From Longimicrobiales bacterium (GTDB lineage: Bacteria; Gemmatimonadota; Gemmatimonadetes; Longimicrobiales; Gaopeijiaceae), in contig CBDCKN010000015.1 in the NCBI GenBank assembly GCA_965218295.1, forward strand, positions 416,001-480,000: a DNA stretch of 64,000 nucleotides. The letters run 5' to 3'. The position numbers and the translations under genes are program-made. The notes beneath the pieces are model-generated. The model did not search any database and was not told the DNA's origin. It worked only from the letters and a program-made list of their open reading frames with translations. This document shows, in pieces, positions 21,210 to 30,330 of the stretch (its first letter is position 1; each line of letters opens with the position of its first letter).

Positions 21210-22055
21210 ATGGGCTCGGCCGACCCGCAACAGCGCGTGGGGATCGTGGGCCTGGGCCTCATGGGAGGATCGGTTGCCCGGGCACTGAGGAGGCTCGAGC
21301 CGGCCCCTCGGGTCACGGCGTTCACCAGGGACTCGGAGGATGCCCGAGAGGTCCTTGATGCCGGCATCCTCGACGCCATGGCCGAGACACCCGGGGACGC
21401 CGTCCGCGACCAGGACGTTGTGGTCTACGCCACGCCCCTGGGTGTTACCCTCGAGCTCATGGCGACGCATGCGGGGTGGTGGGGCGAGGCGGCGGTCACC
21501 GATGTGGTGAGTCTCAAGGAGCCGCTCCTCCGCCAAGCGCGGGAGCAGGGGTTCGCGGCCTCGTACGTAGGTGCCCACCCCATGGTGGGAGGAACAGGAT
21601 CCGGGTTCCGCGCCTCAGTCGAGGACCTGTTCGTCGACCACACCGTGTGGGTGGTTCGCGGAGACGCGGAGGAGGACCACGTGGAGCGCGTCGACGCCTT
21701 CTGGCGCTCGCTGGGCGCTCGGACCCGCCCGGTCGAGGCTGCCGAGCATGACCGGCTCATGGTCTGGGCGAGCCACCTCCCCCAGCTTGTGGCGACAGCC
21801 CTTGCCAGGGTCATGGCCGCCCAGGGGCTCGAGGTCGCCGATCTCGGTCCCGGCGGTTTGGACATGACACGGCTGGCCAAGAGTTCGTCCGAAATGTGGC
21901 GCGATCTCATGACGGAGTCGGCCGACCAGGACGTGCCGGCGCTGGAGACTCTGGAGGAGGAGCTCGACGCCATACGTGCAGCTCTTGCGGTAGGGGATGT
22001 GGAGGGCGTCGGAGCCATGATGGACCAAATCCGGACGTGGAGGCGCGAGGGGTGA
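21210..22055 (+). CDS. tyrA: Prephenate/arogenate dehydrogenase
   Basis: GLGLMGGS, TDVVSLK, AHPMVG, HDRLM..SHLPQ, DMTRLA. Confidence 0.9.
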   Translation: MGSADPQQRVGIVGLGLMGGSVARALRRLEPAPRVTAFTRDSEDAREVLDAGILDAMAETPGDAVRDQDVVVYATPLGVTLELMATHAGWWGEAAVTDVVSLKEPLLRQAREQGFAASYVGAHPMVGGTGSGFRASVEDLFVDHTVWVVRGDAEEDHVERVDAFWRSLGARTRPVEAAEHDRLMVWASHLPQLVATALARVMAAQGLEVADLGPGGLDMTRLAKSSSEMWRDLMTESADQDVPALETLEEELDAIRAALAVGDVEGVGAMMDQIRTWRREG

Positions 22056-24088
22056 GGAGGATCAGGGTTCCGGGCGACAAGTCCATTTCCCAGCGTGCCC
22101 TGATCCTCGCTTCTCTCGCCACGGGCGAGAGCCGGTTGCGGGGAGTTCTGCCGGGGGAGGACCCCCAGGCGACAGCGTCGGTCCTGCGGGCATTGGGCAT
22201 GGACTTTCCGCCACTGCCGGACGGGGGGTCCGAGATTCGGGTGCAGGGTTTGGGCCGGCACGGCTTCCGGGAGCCGGACCGCGTCCTCGACTTCAAGAAC
22301 AGCGGGACCGGAGCTCGCCTCATGCTGGGCGTGCTGGCGGGGCAGCCCTTCACAACCAGGGTGACCGGCGACGAGTCTCTCCGCAGCCGGCCCATGGGTC
22401 GGGTGACCCGTCCACTCTCCCACATGGGTGCCACGTTCCGGGAGTTGGGAGAGCCGGATCGGCTTCCTCTCGAGGTAGTCGGCTCTACGCTCCAGGCGTT
22501 GGACTACGATTCGCCGGTGGCCAGCGCCCAGGTGAAGAGCGCCCTGCTCCTGGCCGGCCTTGTGGGCGAGGCGTTCGTGCTCGTCTCCGAGCCGCGCCGC
22601 TCACGGGACCATATGGAGCGCATGTTGAGCATGGTGGGAGCCTCTGTCATATCCCACGAGAGTGGCGGCCGCTGGCGCGTGGAGCTCCGGGACCCCCCAT
22701 CTACCGTCGACCCCCTAGATCTGGAAGTACCGGGGGACTTCTCGTCGGCTGCGTTCTTCGTGGTGCTGGCGCTTCTCGGTGGTGTGGAGGGTGGCCTGGC
22801 CATCGGGCATGTGGGTCTGAACCCCACCAGAACGGGACTCCTCTCGATGCTGGCCCGCATGGGGGCCAGCATCGAAGTGGTGGAAGCCGGTGACGGAGGA
22901 GGCGCCGAGTCGGGTAGAGCCGGGGAGCCGGTCGGAGAGCTCCGGGTGTCGCCCTCGACGCTCCAGGCGGTGGAGGTGACGGAACGAGAAGTGCCCGCCA
23001 TGGTCGACGAGTTCCCGATCCTGGCAGTGGCGGCCGCCCGGGCTTCGGGGGCCACCCGCATCACGGGCGCCTCCGAGCTCAGGCTCAAGGAGTCCGATCG
23101 GATCCGGGCCCTCGTGGAGAACCTCAGGGCCGTGGGGGTCGAGGCCGAGGAGCTCGAGGACGGCCTCGAGATCGTGGGTACGGACCTGCCCTTGGAGGGA
23201 CGCGTCCTCAGCCACCACGATCACCGGATCGCCATGGCGTTCGGGGTTTTGGGAGCCCTCCCGGGCAACCGCATCGAGGTGGAGAACACATCCGTCGTCG
23301 ACGTCAGCTTCCCCGGATTCTGGGAGATGCTGGAGCGGCTCTCCTCGAGGCCGGGGGGGGGAGGCCGGGACGGGTGGACCGCCATGAGTGGGCCTCCGGA
23401 CCCTCCTCGCGGCGGACTGGTCGTCACCCTCGACGGCCCGGCGGGCTCGGGAAAGACCACCACGGCCCGGGAGTTGGCCCGGCGCCTGGGATTTCGCCAT
23501 CTCGACTCCGGCGGACTCTATCGGGCGCTGACGTTCGCGCTGCTGGAGGAGAGAATCCCCCCTGAGGAATGGCCTGCACTCACCTCCGCGGATCTCGATG
23601 ACCTTGGTGTTCAGGCCGGGCCCGGTGACGCTCGAGTGGACATCCACCGTCACGGGAAGGCGCTTTCTTCCGAGCTGCGCACGGCTGAAGTGACCAAGTA
23701 CGTTCCGGTCGTTGCAAGCCTGCCCGCAGTCCGTCAGTGGCTGCTCGGTACGCAGCGTGCACTGGGCGCGCACGGCAATCTCGTGGCGGACGGCCGGGAC
23801 ATGGGCACCATCGTCTTCCCCGACGCGGACCTGAAGGTGTTCCTGGTGGCCGGGCTCGAGGCGAGGGCGCGCCGTCGATTGCTTCAGGATCTCGGAGTGG
23901 ACCCGAGCCCTGACGAGATCGAAGCTGAAGCCGAGCGAATCGAGGACAGAGACCGGACGGACAGCGACCGTGAGCTCTCTCCACTGCGCCGGCCAGAAGA
24001 CGCATTTGAAGTGGACACGACAGCCCTCTCGTTCGAGGAGCAGGTATCACTCATCTTGAAGCGGGTTAAGGACTTGACTGCCTTGTGA
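22052..24088 (+). CDS. aroA: EPSP synthase (AroA) read in frame into cytidylate kinase (Cmk, from ATG 23384) as assembled
   Basis: AroA motifs PGDKSISQR, SAQVKSA, RDHMER, KESDR, DHRIAM. Cmk motifs DGPAGSGKTT, LDSGGLYR, DGRDMGT. The in-frame junction depends on a G9 tract (see findings). Confidence 0.9.
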   Translation: MRRIRVPGDKSISQRALILASLATGESRLRGVLPGEDPQATASVLRALGMDFPPLPDGGSEIRVQGLGRHGFREPDRVLDFKNSGTGARLMLGVLAGQPFTTRVTGDESLRSRPMGRVTRPLSHMGATFRELGEPDRLPLEVVGSTLQALDYDSPVASAQVKSALLLAGLVGEAFVLVSEPRRSRDHMERMLSMVGASVISHESGGRWRVELRDPPSTVDPLDLEVPGDFSSAAFFVVLALLGGVEGGLAIGHVGLNPTRTGLLSMLARMGASIEVVEAGDGGGAESGRAGEPVGELRVSPSTLQAVEVTEREVPAMVDEFPILAVAAARASGATRITGASELRLKESDRIRALVENLRAVGVEAEELEDGLEIVGTDLPLEGRVLSHHDHRIAMAFGVLGALPGNRIEVENTSVVDVSFPGFWEMLERLSSRPGGGGRDGWTAMSGPPDPPRGGLVVTLDGPAGSGKTTTARELARRLGFRHLDSGGLYRALTFALLEERIPPEEWPALTSADLDDLGVQAGPGDARVDIHRHGKALSSELRTAEVTKYVPVVASLPAVRQWLLGTQRALGAHGNLVADGRDMGTIVFPDADLKVFLVAGLEARARRRLLQDLGVDPSPDEIEAEAERIEDRDRTDSDRELSPLRRPEDAFEVDTTALSFEEQVSLILKRVKDLTAL

Positions 24089-24226
24089 GGGCCCGGTAGC
24101 TTCACCTCGCTAGGCCCCAAGCGCCGGGGTCTCCTATCCCTTTTTCGACCACCTCAACCCGGGCCGAGGCGCTGCAGGCGGGTCCGGCGAGATCAGGCAC
24201 CGGCTGATCGGGTCGGTGAATGAACC

Positions 24227-26716
24227 ATGGCTAACCAAGAAACCCAGAACCCAGAAACCCCCTCCTCCGAACTCCTCGAAGCCGCCTCCGCGGAAGCTCC
24301 CGACAACACAACAGAGGCTGGCTCTAAAGAAGCGCCCATCGACGGTGCCGGCCCCGAGGCCGACAGCGACGGCCCTGAGGCAGCCAGCGACGACCCTGAG
24401 GCAGCCAGCGACGACCCCGAGGCAGCCGCCGAGGTAGCTGCGTCCGAGACGAATGGTGGAGCTGCCGACGCCGCCATCGCGGTAGCGGCAGCCGCTGCTG
24501 AAGGAATCTCTCCGGAGCTCGTCGCCGATCCCTACGGGGAGGAGAAGCTCGACGTCTCCACTGCGGATTTCGAGGCCCTGCTCTCGCAGCACGCCGACGC
24601 GATGGGCGACTTCCGCGAGGGAGAGATCGTCAACGCGAAGGTCCTGCGGGTGACCGACAGCATGGTCATCCTGGAATTCGGCTTCAAGAGTGAAGGGGCC
24701 GTGGCCCTGGACGAGTTCAAGGACCGCGACGCCATCGAGCCCGGCCAGGAGGTCGAGGTTCTTCTCGAGAGCCTGGAGGACGACGACGGCATCGTCGTCC
24801 TCTCCAAGAAGAAGGCCGATTTCCTGCGGGTGTGGGAGAGGATCCGCGAGGCCCACGAGGCGGACGAGCCCGTCGAGGGTGTGCTGACCCGCAAGATCAA
24901 GGGTGGCGTCACGGTCGACATCATGGGTGTCGACGCGTTCCTGCCCGGCTCGCAGATCGCTCTTCGGAGGGTGCCGAACATTGAAGATCTCCTGGGACAG
25001 ACCTTCGAGTTCAAGATCATCAAGCTCAACAAGCGTCGGCGGAATATCGTCGTGTCGCGTCGGGTGATCCTCGAGGGAGAGCGCGAGAGGAAGCGCGAGA
25101 CGCTGGTCAAGGAGCTCCTTGTTGGGCAGGTCCGTGAAGGCGCGGTCAAGAACGTCACCGACTTCGGTGCGTTCATCGATCTGGGTGGGCTCGACGGACT
25201 CCTGCACATCACCGACATGTCGTGGGGCCGAGTTGGTTACCCAGGCGAGGTCGTGGACATCGGGTCGATGATCGACGTGAAGGTTCTGGATATCGATTGG
25301 GACCGCGAGCGCATCTCGCTGGGGCTGAAGCAGCTCCTGCCGTATCCCTGGACCGACATCGACAAGAAGTACCCGGTCGGTGCCCGTGTCCGCGGAAAGG
25401 TCGTCTCGATCACGAACTACGGTGCGTTCATCGAGCTCCAGAAGGGGGTCGAGGGACTGGTCCACATCTCCGAGATGTCGTGGACCCGCAACATTCGGCA
25501 CCCCTCGAAGCTCGTGAACATCGGAGACGAGATCGAGGCGGTGGTGTTGAAGGTCGATCCTCAGGACGAGAAAATCTCCCTCGGCATGAAGCAGATCGAG
25601 GAAGATCCGTGGTTGGGGCTCCCGGTGAAGTATCCCACCGGCACGCATCTGGCCGGTACCGTTCGGAACCTCACGTCCTTCGGGGCCTTCGTCGAGATCG
25701 AGCCCGGAATCGACGGCCTGGTGCACGTCTCCGACATGAGCTGGACCAAGCGGGTGGAGCACCCCTCCGAGATCGTTCAGAAGGGCGACGAGGTGGAGGT
25801 GCTGGTACTCGATGTCGATGCCGAGGCGAAGCGGATCTCGCTGGGGATCAAGCAGCTCCAGGACGATCCCTGGCCCGGCATCTCCGAGCGCTTCTCCGCG
25901 GGCGTGGAGCCCGAGGGAACGGTGGCTCGTGTGCAAGAGAAGGGCGTCGTCGTGGATCTGGGCGACGACATCGAAGGCTTCTCGCCCACGTCGCACACGG
26001 GGGTGGATGAAGGCGCGGTGCTCGGTGAGTACTTCAGGCGCGGTGAAGCCCTGAAGCTCAAGGTCATCGAGTCCGACGCCGGCAATCGCCGTATCGTGCT
26101 CGAGGTCACTGAGGTGCCCGAGCGGATTGAACTGCCCGAGCCCGAGGAGGAGCCCGAAGCCGAGGCAGACGGGGAGGACGCCCCTGAGGCTGAGGCCGCC
26201 GCGGCCGACGAAGGGGACGAGGCTGTAGATGAGCCCGAAGGTGATGCCGACGTCGAAGAGGGTGCGGTGGATGCCGCAGATGAGCCGGAAGCCGAGGCGG
26301 AGCCCGAGGACGAGCCCGAAGAGGCTGCCGCCGAAGCCGCAGACGAGCCGGAGGGTGAGGCCGACGTCGAAGAGGCCGCCGCGGATGTGGAGGATGCGCT
26401 GGAAGCCGAGGCGGAGCCCGAGGACGAGCCCGAAGAGGTCGCCGCGGAAGCCGCAGACGAGCCGGAGGGTGAGGCCGACGTCGAAGAGGCCGCCGCGGAT
26501 GTGGAGGATGCACTGGAAGCCGAGGCGGAGCCCGAGGACGAGCCCGAAGAGGTCGCCGCGGAAGCCGCAGACGAGCCGGAGGGTGAGGCCGACGTCGAAG
26601 AGGCCGCCGCCGAAGTGGAGGAGCCGACGGCTTCCGCCGGCGATGTGGGCGACTCCGCCGAAGAGGTAGAGGAAGCCGCAGACGAGCCTGAGGAAGAGAC
26701 TAAAGAAGAGGCTTGA
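24227..26716 (+). CDS. rpsA: 30S ribosomal protein S1 with long acidic N- and C-terminal extensions
   Basis: Six S1 domains (GFKSEG, AFLPGSQ, DGLLHITDMSW, EGLVHISEMSW, DGLVHVSDMSW). Located downstream of cmk. Confidence 0.96.
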   Translation: MANQETQNPETPSSELLEAASAEAPDNTTEAGSKEAPIDGAGPEADSDGPEAASDDPEAASDDPEAAAEVAASETNGGAADAAIAVAAAAAEGISPELVADPYGEEKLDVSTADFEALLSQHADAMGDFREGEIVNAKVLRVTDSMVILEFGFKSEGAVALDEFKDRDAIEPGQEVEVLLESLEDDDGIVVLSKKKADFLRVWERIREAHEADEPVEGVLTRKIKGGVTVDIMGVDAFLPGSQIALRRVPNIEDLLGQTFEFKIIKLNKRRRNIVVSRRVILEGERERKRETLVKELLVGQVREGAVKNVTDFGAFIDLGGLDGLLHITDMSWGRVGYPGEVVDIGSMIDVKVLDIDWDRERISLGLKQLLPYPWTDIDKKYPVGARVRGKVVSITNYGAFIELQKGVEGLVHISEMSWTRNIRHPSKLVNIGDEIEAVVLKVDPQDEKISLGMKQIEEDPWLGLPVKYPTGTHLAGTVRNLTSFGAFVEIEPGIDGLVHVSDMSWTKRVEHPSEIVQKGDEVEVLVLDVDAEAKRISLGIKQLQDDPWPGISERFSAGVEPEGTVARVQEKGVVVDLGDDIEGFSPTSHTGVDEGAVLGEYFRRGEALKLKVIESDAGNRRIVLEVTEVPERIELPEPEEEPEAEADGEDAPEAEAAAADEGDEAVDEPEGDADVEEGAVDAADEPEAEAEPEDEPEEAAAEAADEPEGEADVEEAAADVEDALEAEAEPEDEPEEVAAEAADEPEGEADVEEAAADVEDALEAEAEPEDEPEEVAAEAADEPEGEADVEEAAAEVEEPTASAGDVGDSAEEVEEAADEPEEETKEEA
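26228..26615 (+). repeat. 114-bp (38-codon) tandem repeat, ~3.4 units, in the rpsA 3' end
   Basis: gaagccgaggcggagcccgaggacgagcccgaagagg recurs at 26288, 26402 and 26516. Confidence 0.9.
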
Positions 26717-26729
26717 GGCAGAGCCGTCC

Positions 26730-28646
26730 ATGGATAGCCTCAATGTGAAAGCTCGGACGCCCTTGGTGTCCGGGCTTTTCGTTTGCCTCAGCATCTTTGC
26801 CCTCGCGTGCACCACCGTGGGGGCGGCCGTCGACACGGAGTCGGGACCCACTGATCCGGCGCTCCAGGCGGGATCGGTCGATCCGAGGGGGCAGGCCGAG
26901 TCCGATCGTCTCCTCGCCGAAGCCCAGGCCGCTCTGGATGCGGCGGATTTCGCCCGGGCGAAGGAGGTGTCACGTCAGGTCGAAGCCTCCTACCCGACGG
27001 CACGGCGAAGCTCTCGAGCGCTCTGGATTCGCGCTCAGGCATCCGAAGCGATCGGTAAGGCCGATGAGGCCCTGGCGGCCGTCCGGCGATTCCGCACTTA
27101 CCTGCCGGATGGCGACGATCGCCGAGCGGCCGCCGTGGCGATTCTGGAGGGGGACGTCCTGGAGGCGCTGGGGCGGACCGTAGAGGCCGTGGAAGCCTGG
27201 TTGGCGACGCCGGCGGGGAACGACAATGACGTCGTCCAGGAACGCATTTCCCAGCGCGTGGGGGAGCTCACCGAGAGTGACCTCACAAGCCTGGCGGAAT
27301 CCGGTGGGCCACACGTTTCGCCCATCCTGGCCGAACTGGCTTTGAAGCGGTACGCCGCGGGGGCGGGGGACGACGCCCAGAGCTCAGCGCGACGAGCCCT
27401 GGAGTCGGGAGCGACCGGCCGGGCTCGGCGCATTGCCGAAGGGGTTCTCTCGGGTGACATGAGTGAGTTCTTCACCACTCCGGTCATTGGCGCGATTCTC
27501 CCGACGAGCGGCTCTCCTCGACTCAGGGAGTTCGCCGACCTGATTCAGGAGGGGATCCGGATCGCCCTCGAGCGGTTCGGACAGGCAGAACGGAATCGGA
27601 CGGCGGCCGAGCTGGTCATCCAGGACAACGGTGGGGTCATCGGAAACGCCCCCAGGCTGTTGGCCGCCCTCGACTCCGCGAATGCCCTCGGAGTTATCGG
27701 ACCCCTGCAAGACGGGGCGCTCTCGGAAGTGGCACGCCAGCGGCAGAGTCCCCTGGCCGTCATCTCTCCTACGGCACCCATCGTTCCGGAAGGCGCGGCA
27801 GGAGTCTACTCTCTCGCCGGTGATGATCAGGGAGCCTCGCAGGCCCTGGCCCGCTACGCCGTGGAGAGCGATCTACAGACCGCCGTGGTCATGTACCCGG
27901 AGAGCCGCGACGCCACGTTCGAGGCTCGCTCTTTCGTGAAGGCGTTCGAGTCGATGGGCGGCTCGGTTCTTCGCCAACTCGCATATCCGGCGGGTGCCAC
28001 CTTCTTCGGGGAGCAGCTCCAGGAGGTGGACTCCCTACGTCCGGACGCTCTGGTGCTGCCGCTTCCCGCGCGGGACGTGGAGCTCATGGCCCCCCAGGTG
28101 ACGTTCTACGGACTCGATTCCCTCGAAATCAGGGTCCTCGGCACGGCGGGATGGACCGAAGAGGACATGCTTTCCAGGGTCGATACCCGGCACACGAACG
28201 GGGTCGTGGCAGCGTCCCCCCAGCCGCCCGACCGTGAGGCCGAGGGCTACCGCCGCTTCGTGGACGCGTACGAGGCCTATCACCAGCGTACGCTGCCCAG
28301 CACGGTTCCTGCCCTGGGTTACGATGCGGCGGCCTTGCTGCTTGAGGGGATCCGCATGGGGGCGAGTACGCCCTCACAGCTTCTGGCCAATCTGGAGAAC
28401 ATCTCGGGCTTTCCCGGGGCCACGGGCGTTTTCTCCATCGAGGAAGGGCGCGTCGTTCGGGAGCACTTCGTCATCTGCCTCCAAGACCGGCGAGTACAAG
28501 CTATGCCGGTCGGGGCGCGAGCCGAGCCGATTCTCCTGCCACCGCTTCCCGATCCCGAGACCGACTCCATACCCGAGGGTGCTCCGGATCGAATCGTGGG
28601 GTTCCGCTGTCCCAGCTTCTCGCCATCAGCCCTGCCGGGGCGCTAA
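26730..28646 (+). CDS. LpoA-like lipoprotein (TPR-like N-terminus plus type 1 periplasmic binding fold)
   Basis: Lipobox FALA-C, helical repeat region, IGAILPTSG, VIGPL, ALGYDAA, FPGATG. Confidence 0.7.
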   Translation: MDSLNVKARTPLVSGLFVCLSIFALACTTVGAAVDTESGPTDPALQAGSVDPRGQAESDRLLAEAQAALDAADFARAKEVSRQVEASYPTARRSSRALWIRAQASEAIGKADEALAAVRRFRTYLPDGDDRRAAAVAILEGDVLEALGRTVEAVEAWLATPAGNDNDVVQERISQRVGELTESDLTSLAESGGPHVSPILAELALKRYAAGAGDDAQSSARRALESGATGRARRIAEGVLSGDMSEFFTTPVIGAILPTSGSPRLREFADLIQEGIRIALERFGQAERNRTAAELVIQDNGGVIGNAPRLLAALDSANALGVIGPLQDGALSEVARQRQSPLAVISPTAPIVPEGAAGVYSLAGDDQGASQALARYAVESDLQTAVVMYPESRDATFEARSFVKAFESMGGSVLRQLAYPAGATFFGEQLQEVDSLRPDALVLPLPARDVELMAPQVTFYGLDSLEIRVLGTAGWTEEDMLSRVDTRHTNGVVAASPQPPDREAEGYRRFVDAYEAYHQRTLPSTVPALGYDAAALLLEGIRMGASTPSQLLANLENISGFPGATGVFSIEEGRVVREHFVICLQDRRVQAMPVGARAEPILLPPLPDPETDSIPEGAPDRIVGFRCPSFSPSALPGR

Positions 28647-28694
28647 CGTGACCCACCGGTAGCTCGTCCATGGCCCTGTAGAGGAGAACGACGG

Positions 28695-30245
28695 ATGTCG
28701 ATGAAGGAAGAGCTCGAGCGCCTGCGGGAGCTCGAGCGTGTCGCACAACTCGGCGGGGGAGAGGCCCGCCTCGCCACCCAGCAGGAGCGAGGCAAGCTCA
28801 CCGCCCGGCAGAGGCTCGATCTGCTCCTGGACGAGGGCTCCTTCGTCGAGCTGGATCGGTTCGTCACGCACCGTTCCACTGACTTCGGCCTCGCCGACAA
28901 AAAAATCCTCGGCGACGGCGTGGTCACGGGCTACGGGACGATTCACGCCCGCCTCGTATACGTCTTCTCCCAGGATTTCACCGTGTTCGGGGGCTCCTTG
29001 TCCGAGTCCCATGCCGAGAAAATCGTGAAGCTCCAGGACCTGGCCCTAAAGAATGGAGCTCCGCTCATTGGGCTGAACGACTCGGGAGGCGCCCGCATCC
29101 AGGAGGGTGTGGTGTCGTTGGGAGGTTACGCCGACATCTTCCTGAGAAATACGCTCGCTTCCGGTGTGATCCCGCAGATCAGCGTGATTTTGGGCCCCTG
29201 CGCCGGAGGCGCGGTCTACTCGCCGGCCATCACTGACTTCGTATACATGGTCCGGGGCGTCAGCTACATGTTCGTGACCGGACCCAACGTGGTGAAGACG
29301 GTCACCCATGAGGATGTGGACATGGAGGGCCTGGGCGGTGCGGACGTGCACGGCTCCACGTCGGGAGTGGCTCAGTTCGTGCACGACTCGGAGCCGGAGT
29401 GTCTGGCGGCCGTCCGGGACCTGATGGGCTTCCTCCCGCAGAACAACACCGAGTCGTCTCCTGATCGGGATACGTCCGATCCACACGATCGTCGGTACGA
29501 GAAATTACGTGAGATCGTTCCTGATAACCCCAATAAGCCCTATGATATACATGATATCATAAGCCGTGTCGTAGACGACGGTGAGTTCTATGAGGTACAC
29601 GCATCCTTCGCGAAAAACCTCACCGTTGGTTTCGCACACCTGGGGGGACACGCCGTCGGCGTGATCGCGAATCAGCCGGCGGTGTTGGCCGGGGTTCTGG
29701 ACATCGACTCGTCGGTGAAGGGCGCCCGCTTCGTCCGATTCTGTGACGCCTTCAACATCCCGCTCATCGTCTTCGAAGACGTGCCGGGATTCCTCCCGGG
29801 AGTGGGCCAGGAGCACGGCGGCATCATCCGCCACGGGGCCAAGCTCCTCTACGCCTTCTCCGAGGCTACCGTTCCCAAGCTCACGGTCATTATACGCAAG
29901 GCGTATGGCGGTGCCTACGACGTCATGAACTCGAAGCACATCCGGGGAGACGTGAACCTCGCCTGGCCCACCGCCGAGATCGCGGTCATGGGGCCCAAAG
30001 GTGCCGTGGAGATTTTGTTCCGGAAGGAGATCGCCGAGTCCGACGACCCCGGGGGCCTAACGGAAGCGCGCATCAAGGAGTACCGCGAGCAGTTTGCCCA
30101 CCCCTACATCGCGGCGGCCCGTGGGTACATCGACGACGTCATCGACCCCCGCGACACCCGGCCCCGCCTCATCAGTTCTCTCGACATGCTCCGTAACAAG
30201 CGTGACGAGAACCCGCGAAAGAAGCACGGGAACGTTCCCCTCTAG
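28695..30245 (+). CDS. pccB: Acyl-CoA (propionyl-CoA) carboxylase carboxyltransferase subunit
   Basis: [58 protein letters not shown]. Confidence 0.93.
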   Translation: MSMKEELERLRELERVAQLGGGEARLATQQERGKLTARQRLDLLLDEGSFVELDRFVTHRSTDFGLADKKILGDGVVTGYGTIHARLVYVFSQDFTVFGGSLSESHAEKIVKLQDLALKNGAPLIGLNDSGGARIQEGVVSLGGYADIFLRNTLASGVIPQISVILGPCAGGAVYSPAITDFVYMVRGVSYMFVTGPNVVKTVTHEDVDMEGLGGADVHGSTSGVAQFVHDSEPECLAAVRDLMGFLPQNNTESSPDRDTSDPHDRRYEKLREIVPDNPNKPYDIHDIISRVVDDGEFYEVHASFAKNLTVGFAHLGGHAVGVIANQPAVLAGVLDIDSSVKGARFVRFCDAFNIPLIVFEDVPGFLPGVGQEHGGIIRHGAKLLYAFSEATVPKLTVIIRKAYGGAYDVMNSKHIRGDVNLAWPTAEIAVMGPKGAVEILFRKEIAESDDPGGLTEARIKEYREQFAHPYIAAARGYIDDVIDPRDTRPRLISSLDMLRNKRDENPRKKHGNVPL

Positions 30246-30330
30246 GCAACGCTCCCGCCTATCGCCCGCATCACAGGGGTGACTTCGGGCGAGTGGCCCG
30301 GACGCGAGGACCAAACGGGAGGTAAGGACG

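Noticed and set aside
26228..26615. Regular repeats as a non-coding array
   Set aside because: They are in-frame 38-codon repeats within rpsA.
24134..26851. 905-aa minus-strand ORF
   Set aside because: Antisense shadow of rpsA caused by GC-rich codon bias; no motifs.
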